From Thermodesulfobacteriota bacterium (GTDB lineage Bacteria; Desulfobacterota_D; UBA1144; Nemesobacterales; N074bin48), in the NCBI GenBank assembly GCA_041572575.1, contig JBFFSH010000040.1:1-22298 (forward strand): a DNA stretch of 22,298 bases. The letters run 5' to 3'. The position numbers and the translations under genes were made by a program. This document shows positions 1 through 7,882 of this stretch, one piece after another. Numbering within the stretch: position 1 is the stretch's first letter; each line of letters starts with the position of its first letter. The notes under the pieces are model-generated. The model saw only the letters and a list, made by a program, of their open reading frames with translations, searched no databases and was not told where the DNA came from.

Positions 1-528
1 CTTCTTGCTCTTGCAATTCCTAACCTTATTAAGGCTAGAATGTCAGCAAACGAAGCAAACGCAAGAAAGTCTATGCAGACCCTAAGAGATGCAGAAGCCG
101 AGTATTTTGAACAGGATCTTGATGGTAATAACACAAGAGACTATACACAGTTAATAGGTAGTTTGACAACAGGAGCAAGCCTACGTTGTCCTGATCGGGT
201 CAATAATCCATGTGAAGAGTCTGACGCGCTTGTTGATAGTAGTTTCTTCGAAGCTTTACCTGAAGCTGGAGACGGTGAAACGGCTACAGTAGCTGACTGT
301 GCAAATCCTAAAGCAGGTTATTGTATCAGTATGGGAGATCTTGCTGAAATTGGAAGTACAGATTTTGATTTTGGTTGGGAAGCTTCATTTAGATCTTTCG
401 ATAAGACAGGAAGAAGGGATTTTTCTGTATTCGGAGATGGAACAATAAGATGTACACTGGATTCTTCACTCGCTAAGGGTGCAACAGGTGCATTTGGTTC
501 TAAAAGAAGCGACTCTGGTTGTGATTAA
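1..528 (+). CDS. Type IV pilin, 5'-truncated at window edge (paralog 1, possibly the major pilin)
   Basis: Frame 1 is open from base 1: LLALAIPNLIKAR|MSANEANARKS..., i.e. the end of the pilin hydrophobic helix. The track's ATG at 40 is therefore internal. Collinear with the pilin at 693-1292, has 6 Cys, and is followed by a terminator. Confidence 0.88.
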   Translation, partial: LLALAIPNLIKARMSANEANARKSMQTLRDAEAEYFEQDLDGNNTRDYTQLIGSLTTGASLRCPDRVNNPCEESDALVDSSFFEALPEAGDGETATVADCANPKAGYCISMGDLAEIGSTDFDFGWEASFRSFDKTGRRDFSVFGDGTIRCTLDSSLAKGATGAFGSKRSDSGCD

Positions 529-556
529 TTCAATAGTTATATAAAGCAGAATATAC

Positions 557-594
557 AGGCAGGCACAACTTATTTATTGTGCCTGTCTAGTTTT
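557..594 (+). terminator. Intrinsic terminator after pilin 1
   Basis: Stem AGGCAGGCACAA (557-568) / TTGTGCCTGTCT (577-588), 12 bp with one G-U pair and an 8-nt loop, followed by AGTTTT. Confidence 0.75.
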
Positions 595-653
595 AGACTT
601 TATTACAAGTTTTAAACTGTGAGTTACTTCTTTACTTACTAATACCTTTTTAC

Positions 654-683
654 TTGATTTATACTAATTAAATCTGATATAAT
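654..683 (+). promoter_or_regulatory. Putative sigma70 promoter of pilin 2 (extended -10)
   Basis: TTGATT (654-659), 18 bp, TATAAT (678-683) preceded by TG-n (TGATATAAT). ATG lies 9 nt downstream. Confidence 0.55.
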
Positions 684-692
684 GATACTGTT

Positions 693-1292
693 ATGAATAA
701 AGTAAAAACACAATTACAACAAAAAGGGTTTACACTAATAGAATTACTGGTTGTGGCTGCAATTATAGGTATATTACTGGCGATAGCTATACCCAATTTA
801 ATTAAAGCCCGAATTTCTGCAAACGAAGCAAATGCTAGAAAATCTACCCAGGCGCTCCGTGATGCTGAATATCAGTACTTTGAAGGCGATCTCGATGATA
901 ATGGTATTAGAGATTTTACAGATCAAATAGGGTCAATTGCTCAATCTGCTAGTTTACGATGTCCTATGATACCCTCAGGTGAGTCCGAGTGTGCGGAATT
1001 TGATGCCTTAGTGGATAAAAGTTTTGAAAGAATGCTTTCTATCGGTGGTTCTGAGGGTGATTGTATTGACCCTAAAGCAGGTTATTGTTTAAAATTTGAT
1101 GAAACTATTACAGGTAGTCTTTTAGAAGCTGATTTTGGATGGCAGCTTACACCAGCAAATGTTAATAAAAGTGGTAGAAAAGATTTTGCTGGATTTGGTG
1201 ATACAGTTATTCGCTGCACTGTAAGTACTCTGGCAACTGGTTCAAGAGGTGCTTTTGAAGCTAACCAATCTTCTCCAGCTTGTATTGATTAA
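693..1292 (+). CDS. Type IVa-like pilin with prepilin cleavage/N-methylation motif (paralog 2)
   Basis: 12-aa leader, QKG|FTLIELLVVAAIIGILLAIAIP (G-1/F+1, E+5), then SANEANA..., PKAGYC and SGRKDF motifs; 6 Cys. Confidence 0.93.
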   Translation: MNKVKTQLQQKGFTLIELLVVAAIIGILLAIAIPNLIKARISANEANARKSTQALRDAEYQYFEGDLDDNGIRDFTDQIGSIAQSASLRCPMIPSGESECAEFDALVDKSFERMLSIGGSEGDCIDPKAGYCLKFDETITGSLLEADFGWQLTPANVNKSGRKDFAGFGDTVIRCTVSTLATGSRGAFEANQSSPACID

Positions 1293-1321
1293 CTATTTAG
1301 AATTTTTAAGTAAGAATTCAC

Positions 1322-1350
1322 TTTACTTAGATATATATCTTCCTTATAAT
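1322..1350 (+). promoter_or_regulatory. Putative sigma70 promoter of the ABC operon
   Basis: TTTACT (1322-1327), 17 bp, TATAAT (1345-1350). Confidence 0.45.
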
Positions 1351-1364
1351 ATCCCTTCTATACA

Positions 1365-2288
1365 ATGGTTTTACGAGTAGACAGTCTTATAAAGGATTTT
1401 AGAAAAGGATTTTTTAGAAAGAAAACCAGGGTACTAAAGAATATTTCCTTTGAAGTTAACCAGGGGGAGATATTTGGTGTTATAGGTCCAAATGGTGCAG
1501 GTAAAACTGTTACTTTCAAATCTGTAATGGGCTTTATCAGCCCCACTTCAGGTAATATAAAAATATTTGGACAAGATAATAGCAAATATCTTCTAAAAGA
1601 AAAACTGGGATATTTACCAGAGAATCCTTACTTCTATGAATATTTAACAGGTTTTGAGCTGCTAAATTATATGGGAAGTCTTCATGGGATTCATGGAAAA
1701 CATTTATTAGACCGAATAAACTATTTACTCGATAGGGTTAACCTAACAAAATCAGCAGGCGTACAGCTTAGGAAATATTCTAAGGGGATGTTGCAGAGGA
1801 TCGGTATAGCCCAGGCTATTATCAATGATCCTGATTTCGTTATATTTGATGAACCCATGAGTGGTCTAGATCCTCTAGGACGAAGGGAGGTTAGAGATCT
1901 TATCTTGGAACTAAAAAATAATGGTAAAACAGTAATTCTAAGCTCCCACATCCTTTCTGATCTGGAAGCTTTATGCGACAGGGTATGTTTTATTTTTCAT
2001 GGTGAGGTTGTAAAGCAGGGAAACCTTGCTGATTTGTTATCTGAAATAGAATCCGGCTATGAAGCAATCATAAGAAAAAATAGTAAAGTTACCCAGCAAT
2101 TATTTGGTAATAACGTTGTTATTGAACAAAGAGGAGAATTTATTGCACTAATATTTGATGAACAACATAAGAATAATATTTTACAAAGTATACACAGCAA
2201 TCAGATTGATTTAGTATCATTTCATCCGATTAGAAAATCACTTGAAAATATATTTAACATACACTCAGTGATAGACAAACAGAATTAG
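1365..2288 (+). CDS. ABC transporter ATP-binding protein (pilus-associated, PilH-like)
   Basis: Walker A GPNGAGKT, signature YSKGMLQR, Walker B/D-loop VIFDEPMSGLDP, H-loop LSSH; directly downstream of pilins. Confidence 0.92.
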   Translation: MVLRVDSLIKDFRKGFFRKKTRVLKNISFEVNQGEIFGVIGPNGAGKTVTFKSVMGFISPTSGNIKIFGQDNSKYLLKEKLGYLPENPYFYEYLTGFELLNYMGSLHGIHGKHLLDRINYLLDRVNLTKSAGVQLRKYSKGMLQRIGIAQAIINDPDFVIFDEPMSGLDPLGRREVRDLILELKNNGKTVILSSHILSDLEALCDRVCFIFHGEVVKQGNLADLLSEIESGYEAIIRKNSKVTQQLFGNNVVIEQRGEFIALIFDEQHKNNILQSIHSNQIDLVSFHPIRKSLENIFNIHSVIDKQN

Positions 2289-2301
2289 CAAGCAGGTTAT
2301 T

Positions 2302-3117
2302 ATGCTCCATACAATTAATAGAATAAAAGTTGTTGCCTATAATACCTTTTTAGAAGCCGTTAGAGACAGGATATTGTATTCGCTTTTGATCTTTGCTGTT
2401 CTGATGATTCTTGGGACTATTATAATTTCAAGCATCTCCGCTGAACAATATAATAAAATTACAAAAGACTTCGGTCTTACCACCATATCAATAATCGGGA
2501 TATTGATATCATGTTTTTTGGGAATGAATGTTGTTTATAAAGAGATAGACAGAAAGACAGTTTATAACCTTTTCTCAAAGCCTGTTAGAAGGTTCGAATT
2601 TGTTTTAGGTAAATATCTGGGCATTTCTTTCACTCTCTTTGTAATAACACTCGGGATGTCAATTATACTTTTCGTATTAGTTTATTATGTGGAGAATAGA
2701 TATAAGGGGTTAATAGAGTTTCATTACGGAGGGCAGTACTATGCTCAATTTGTTGCAGCACTTTATTTCACTTTTCTTGAGTTTTTAATAATAATAGCAA
2801 TAAGCCTTGTATTTTCCAGTTTTACTACACCCATTATGACCGTGATGTTTGTTCTGCTTGTATTCATTATTGGAAGATTTTCATCAGATATTAAGTTGTT
2901 TTCCCAGCATGTTAATCACCCTTTAGTTGGCTACATTACAGAAGGAGTCTACAGGCTAGTACCTCACCTTGATCAGTTTAATTTAAGAAACCAGGCAGTG
3001 TATGGTGGGGATATAAATCTTTCACTTTTTCTAAATCTATCATCCTATGCACTTTTATACTGTTTCGCTATGATTGTTTTATCAATAGCAATTTTTGAGA
3101 AAAAAGAATTTAAATAA
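2302..3117 (+). CDS. ABC-2 type permease (PilI-like)
   Basis: About 6 hydrophobic segments; NTFLEAVRDRILY and KEIDRKTVYNLFSKPVRRFEFVLGKYLG motifs; C-terminal FEKKEF. Confidence 0.88.
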   Translation: MLHTINRIKVVAYNTFLEAVRDRILYSLLIFAVLMILGTIIISSISAEQYNKITKDFGLTTISIIGILISCFLGMNVVYKEIDRKTVYNLFSKPVRRFEFVLGKYLGISFTLFVITLGMSIILFVLVYYVENRYKGLIEFHYGGQYYAQFVAALYFTFLEFLIIIAISLVFSSFTTPIMTVMFVLLVFIIGRFSSDIKLFSQHVNHPLVGYITEGVYRLVPHLDQFNLRNQAVYGGDINLSLFLNLSSYALLYCFAMIVLSIAIFEKKEFK

Positions 3118-3118
3118 G

Positions 3119-4171
3119 ATGCTTAGTAAAAATCTTACTACCATAGGCGTATTGCTATCTCTTTTGTTATTAATTGCCTCGGTTCCTGTTCAAAAAAAGA
3201 TAGAGGAAATCAGGGGGGATTATAGCATTATCAGCGGTTCTCTTCTCCTGTCTTCAAAAACCCTTAAGAAATTATCACTGGGATATAATTTGCTCATAGC
3301 CGATATCTACTGGATAAGAGCCTTACAGTATTTTTCTGATAAGAAGTTTGATGTGAATAAACCCCAAGAGTTATTCAAATATTTTGATATCATGACAGAT
3401 CTCGATCCCAAATTTGTAAACGCATACAGATTTGGGGGAACTTTTCTTGCTGAACCTCCTGAATTGGGGCTAGGTGAGGTTGAGCTTGGGGTAAAGTTAC
3501 TGGATAAGGGAAGGATTAATAATCCTGAAAATTTTAGACTAGTGCTGGATGAAGCTTTTATCTACTATTTATATACTGATAACTACAAGAGAGCTTCTGA
3601 GCTATTTGAAGAAGCTTCTGAAAAACCTGCATTATCTGAATTGAGGAGAGCTTCAATGAAGGGTATGGCGGCTCTTGCTCTGTCTAAAACTGGAAATCTC
3701 GAACTATCAAAGAAAATCTGGAAATATATTTATACCACATCTACAATAGAAGCCAGAAAGAATCATGCATTAAAAAATTTAAAGAAAGTTGAAACCAAAG
3801 AGATTGAAAATGTACTAACAGGTGCACTTGGAAAGTATTATCAGGACAATAACAAGCTGCCTGAAAATATAGATGCGCTTGTTGTATCGGGATATATTAA
3901 GACTGTTCCCTCTGATCCATCGGGAGGAGAGTTCATTATCGTATCTGATACAAGAACCATCGTCAGCACTACACTATCTGAAAATGAATATAAATATGCT
4001 ATATCTTTATTAAATGCAAGGTCGAAGAAATTTAATAGGATCTATGGCAGGAATGCAGAGAATTTATCTGAGTTAAAGAGGTTTGTAGATAACAGCCCTA
4101 TTAACAAATATCCAGAAAATCCCTATGGCAGGGAGTTCGTTTATGATCCTGCAACAGGCATTGTTGAATGA
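3119..4171 (+). CDS. Membrane-anchored TPR-like pilus-associated protein (PilG/XapA-like) with pseudopilin-like C-terminal repeats
   Basis: Start moved to ATG 3119, 1 nt after the permease stop. N-terminal hydrophobic helix, LIADIYWIRALQYF, TDLDPKFVNAY and LLDKGRINNP motifs, C-terminal P-x-[DN]-P-x-G motifs. Confidence 0.72.
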   Translation: MLSKNLTTIGVLLSLLLLIASVPVQKKIEEIRGDYSIISGSLLLSSKTLKKLSLGYNLLIADIYWIRALQYFSDKKFDVNKPQELFKYFDIMTDLDPKFVNAYRFGGTFLAEPPELGLGEVELGVKLLDKGRINNPENFRLVLDEAFIYYLYTDNYKRASELFEEASEKPALSELRRASMKGMAALALSKTGNLELSKKIWKYIYTTSTIEARKNHALKNLKKVETKEIENVLTGALGKYYQDNNKLPENIDALVVSGYIKTVPSDPSGGEFIIVSDTRTIVSTTLSENEYKYAISLLNARSKKFNRIYGRNAENLSELKRFVDNSPINKYPENPYGREFVYDPATGIVE

Positions 4172-4213
4172 TATATATTTAAAGATTTCTAATGTGTTAT
4201 TTTTATTTCTATA

Positions 4214-5974
4214 ATGACTAAATACAAAAGAGGGATTTATTATAGTCTGGTACTATGCGTAATTTCTTTTGTTTTGTATCTTCCGTCTCTTGATAATAAA
4301 CTTGTATGGGACGATTCTGATGCCATCAATAAAAAGCATTATAAGTATCAGGGTTTTATAAATCTTCTAACACCTCAGCAAAAATCAAAAAAAGGCAATT
4401 ATTACAGACCTACAGTATATCTATCTTATTTTATTGATCAGACTCTGTGGGGTAATAAACCTTTTGGGTATCATCTTAGCAACCTTATATTCAATACCGT
4501 TACAGTAATTTTGCTTTTCTGGTTTGTATATTTTTTCTTCAGCAACTTTAAACCAAACTATAGTTCTTATAATATTGCTTTTATATCTTCACTTGTGTTT
4601 GCGCTGCACCCTATGCATGTAGAATCTGTCTCTTGGATTGCTGGCAGGACTGATGTGCTTTGCACCCTTTTTTTATTAATGGGTCTATTGTTTCACTTAA
4701 AATCATACAAAAAAGTAGTATATATACCTTTTGCGATTCTGGCGTTTTACTTATCTTTGTTATCTAAAGAACTTGCCGTTGTTTTTATACCCCTTGTTCT
4801 CTTGACCGATCTGGTAACAAATCAGCTAAAAAATAAGAACAATGCAGTTAAATATATATTATATTTATCAATTTTTATTTTATATATGTATTTACGGAGT
4901 AAGAGCTTTGTAAATATTACGCCCATATCAGAAAAGAATGTAAATGTCGCTGCGTCAGCTGATATCCTTAGATACCTGGATATGTTTGTAGTACTGGTAA
5001 GCTCATATTATTCTTACCTTTACAAATTGTTGTTTCCTATTGAGTTTAACGCTTTCATCTCAGAAGTTACAAAAGACCTATACTACCTTGTTCCATCATT
5101 TATCGTATTAACCTTGGTCTTCTTAGCTTTTATATATTCCTTGATAAAAAGAGTTAAGCTTATCTATTATGTGATCTTTTGGATACTTATATCTTTGGGA
5201 CCATCCATTTTACTAACATTAATAAAGATGACTCCAACATCCCTTGCTGAAAGATATCTGTATTTACCCTCTGTAGCTTTTGCAATGGGAACAGGATATC
5301 TGTTTTATAAGTATGTTTTCAGCAGAGTTTCACTTAGATATTCTTGTGTCTTCATAACTATACTGGTTTTATTTTATGCGCTTTTAAATATCAATAGACA
5401 GTCTGTATGGTATGATGACCTCTCTCTTTGGAGTACTACGACTGTAGCGTCGAGTAATACTTGCTTGCCTTATAATAACTATGGTGTCGCATTAAAGAGA
5501 AATGGCAGAATTGATGAGGCTATAAGGCAATATGAATATGTAGTGAACAATAAGAATATAAAATGCAGAGATGCTGTGAGGGCTTTGGTTTATAATAATC
5601 TGGGTACAGCATATATAAAGATTGATCAACAGAGCAAAGGAAGAGAGACATTTAAAAAAGCTATGGAGTTAAATGAGTATTATCATTCTCCCCATTTGAA
5701 TCTGGGTATAGACTACCTGCTCACTGCTTTAGAGACTAAATCTATATCTGAATTTGAATATGCAAAGCAGTATTTCAATAATTCTATTAGCATAAGGCCG
5801 AATAGCGGAATTTCTCATCATTATCTTTCTATAGCTTATAAAGAAACAGGGGACTTGAAAAATGCCCGAATCCATGCCTCAAGAGCGCTTGAGCTTGGTA
5901 TACCTCCTGCACAAAAAAATGATGCCCTGAGAATATTGGATGAAATACAAAATTCAGATTCTAAAGAAAATTGA
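4214..5974 (+). CDS. TMTC-like GT-C membrane glycosyltransferase with C-terminal TPRs
   Basis: WDD acidic motif after TM1, YYRP, GYHLSNL, FALHPMHVESVSWIAGRTDVL, LLSKE, AERYLYLPS, WYDDLSLW; many TM helices; TPRs (YNNYGVAL, YNNLGTAY, HLNLG). Confidence 0.82.
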   Translation: MTKYKRGIYYSLVLCVISFVLYLPSLDNKLVWDDSDAINKKHYKYQGFINLLTPQQKSKKGNYYRPTVYLSYFIDQTLWGNKPFGYHLSNLIFNTVTVILLFWFVYFFFSNFKPNYSSYNIAFISSLVFALHPMHVESVSWIAGRTDVLCTLFLLMGLLFHLKSYKKVVYIPFAILAFYLSLLSKELAVVFIPLVLLTDLVTNQLKNKNNAVKYILYLSIFILYMYLRSKSFVNITPISEKNVNVAASADILRYLDMFVVLVSSYYSYLYKLLFPIEFNAFISEVTKDLYYLVPSFIVLTLVFLAFIYSLIKRVKLIYYVIFWILISLGPSILLTLIKMTPTSLAERYLYLPSVAFAMGTGYLFYKYVFSRVSLRYSCVFITILVLFYALLNINRQSVWYDDLSLWSTTTVASSNTCLPYNNYGVALKRNGRIDEAIRQYEYVVNNKNIKCRDAVRALVYNNLGTAYIKIDQQSKGRETFKKAMELNEYYHSPHLNLGIDYLLTALETKSISEFEYAKQYFNNSISIRPNSGISHHYLSIAYKETGDLKNARIHASRALELGIPPAQKNDALRILDEIQNSDSKEN

Positions 5975-7091
5975 TGCTATAATAGGCACGCCAGCAGTAC
6001 ATTTATCGAGGTTGATAAGACCCAGAAAAAGTGAGTTTTATTCTCTTGATGATCTTCAAAGTCCGGTATCTAAAAATTTCGATAAATTGAAAATCCTTGT
6101 AATCCGCCCGGGTGGTATTGGAGATGCCGTTTTGTTATTTCCGGCCCTTAAGATTCTAAAAGATATATACGCAAACTGTAATATAGATATACTGGCCGAA
6201 AAAAGGAATCAGGGTATTTTTGAGAATTGTGAATTCATAAATGAATTGATTCTTTATGATAATGACCCCATAAAGGCTTTAAAAAAAGTATTTAGTAACA
6301 ATTATGAGATTGTTATAGATACTGAACAATGGCACAGGTTAACATCTGTAGTTGCCTGTCTCACAAGAGCGCCTGTAAGGGTGGGGTACGGTACGAATGA
6401 AAGACGCAGGATGTTTACAAATGTAGTCCAGTATAGTCATGATGATTACGAATCCCAAAGTTTTTTAAATCTTGTATCAGGTATTAGCAAAAGAGAGTAT
6501 GAATTTGATAAGAACAGTCCATTTGTCCCCGTTGATGATAGTAGGTGTTCTGATCTAAACAAGCAACTTATTGAGTACAGCAGTAAATGGGACTGGGTTG
6601 CAGGGATATTCTGTGGCGCTACGGTTTCTGAGAGGATATGGGGAGTTGATAAATTCATTAAAACTACAGCAAAACTTTTAGAAAGCAATATTGGGGTAGT
6701 AATTCTGGGAGCCAAATCTGAACTGGGTGACTGCATAAGGATAGAGCGGTCAGTGGGCAAGGATAATATACTAAACCTTACGAATAAAACGTCTCTATAC
6801 CAAACCGCAGTTGTAATATCCAAGCTAAATCTTTTTGTTTCGGCAGATACAGGTCTTATGCATATCGCTTATGGTGTAGGTACCCCCACAGTCTCACTAT
6901 TTGGAGCAGGTATTGAAAAGAAATGGGGACCCAAAGGAGATGATAATATTAACATTAACAAAAACCTGCCATGCAGTCCCTGTACAAGTTTTGGCTATAC
7001 ACCAAGTTGTCCTATAGGTGTTAAATGTTTACAAGATATATCCGTGGATGAGGTTGTGAATTCTTCCAAAAAGCTGCTTTACGCTAATTAA
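5940..7091 (+). CDS. Glycosyltransferase family 9 (ADP-heptose heptosyltransferase-like)
   Basis: ILVIRPGGIGDAVL, FVSADTGLMHIAYGVGTPTVSLFG and C-terminal CSPC...C...C motifs. Overlaps the upstream gene by 35 nt. Confidence 0.88.
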   Translation: MKYKIQILKKIDAIIGTPAVHLSRLIRPRKSEFYSLDDLQSPVSKNFDKLKILVIRPGGIGDAVLLFPALKILKDIYANCNIDILAEKRNQGIFENCEFINELILYDNDPIKALKKVFSNNYEIVIDTEQWHRLTSVVACLTRAPVRVGYGTNERRRMFTNVVQYSHDDYESQSFLNLVSGISKREYEFDKNSPFVPVDDSRCSDLNKQLIEYSSKWDWVAGIFCGATVSERIWGVDKFIKTTAKLLESNIGVVILGAKSELGDCIRIERSVGKDNILNLTNKTSLYQTAVVISKLNLFVSADTGLMHIAYGVGTPTVSLFGAGIEKKWGPKGDDNININKNLPCSPCTSFGYTPSCPIGVKCLQDISVDEVVNSSKKLLYAN

Positions 7092-7115
7092 TCCTTGTAA
7101 ATATTGCGTTCAGAG

Positions 7116-7862
7116 TTAAAGATTAAGTTCCATCATGTCATGAGCTTTAATTATATCAGATTCAATATGGGGCTTTATTTGTCCAATGATATCAACTTCA
7201 TCACATATTGGGTACAGGTGGGTTAAAACAATATTTTTGGGATTTGCCTCATTGGCAATCTTGATAATATCTTTTGGACTCATATGACCCTTTACTTTCT
7301 TGTCATCCGTCATTGAACATTCTGCAATCAGCAGGTCGGTTTGTTTAGATAAAACAGCTAAATTCTTGCAATAATCGGTATCTGCAGAATAAACAACTGA
7401 CTTTCCACCACACTCAATCCTGTAAATCAAACTGTCTGTGGAATGATTCCCAGGTTTATTTATTATTGTGAAGTCATTAAATTCATATATAGCCTGTTCC
7501 ATTTCATAAACTTCTAAAAACTCCGGTTTTAGCCAGTCATTATATATCTTGTTAATAGCAGTGTAGAAATCCATGAATCCGGGCGGGCCCCAGATTTCTA
7601 ACTTTCTTGTTCTTTTTCTATTATACGGATATTTATTGGCAAAAAGAAACGGAATCAGATCTGCAGTATGATCGGGATGTATATGGCTTATAAATATATG
7701 AGTTATGTCTGTATAGCTTTCTCCCAGACGTTCAAGTTTCCAGGTAATACCATTTCCACAGTCAAATAAGATTTTATTTTTGCCGGTATCAAAAAAATAA
7801 CCTGATGATCCTCTGTTTATGCTGGGTATACAAGTGCCAGAGCCAAGAATTGTGATTTTCAT
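7116..7862 (-). CDS. MBL-fold metallo-hydrolase, RNase Z/BN (ElaC/AtsA)-like
   Basis: ITILGSG, FDCG, SHIHPDH (HxHxDH), YSADT, ECS, GHMSP and LTHLYP motifs. Confidence 0.85.
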   Translation of the reverse strand: MKITILGSGTCIPSINRGSSGYFFDTGKNKILFDCGNGITWKLERLGESYTDITHIFISHIHPDHTADLIPFLFANKYPYNRKRTRKLEIWGPPGFMDFYTAINKIYNDWLKPEFLEVYEMEQAIYEFNDFTIINKPGNHSTDSLIYRIECGGKSVVYSADTDYCKNLAVLSKQTDLLIAECSMTDDKKVKGHMSPKDIIKIANEANPKNIVLTHLYPICDEVDIIGQIKPHIESDIIKAHDMMELNL

Positions 7863-7882
7863 AATATGGTGAATTTGATTTT

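Noticed and set aside
40..528. ORF-track start at ATG 40 for pilin 1
   Set aside because: The frame is open from base 1 and matches the pilin N-terminal helix, so the true start is upstream of the window.
693..1292. Electrically conductive e-pilin (Geobacter-like), suggested by the pilin-ABC-TPR-GT layout
   Set aside because: The mature pilin has about 14 aromatic residues (F/Y/W) in 187 (~7.5% by hand count) and none between F1 and Y48. It lacks the F24/Y27-type positions (PNL instead of P.F), so it does not meet the usual e-pilin criteria.
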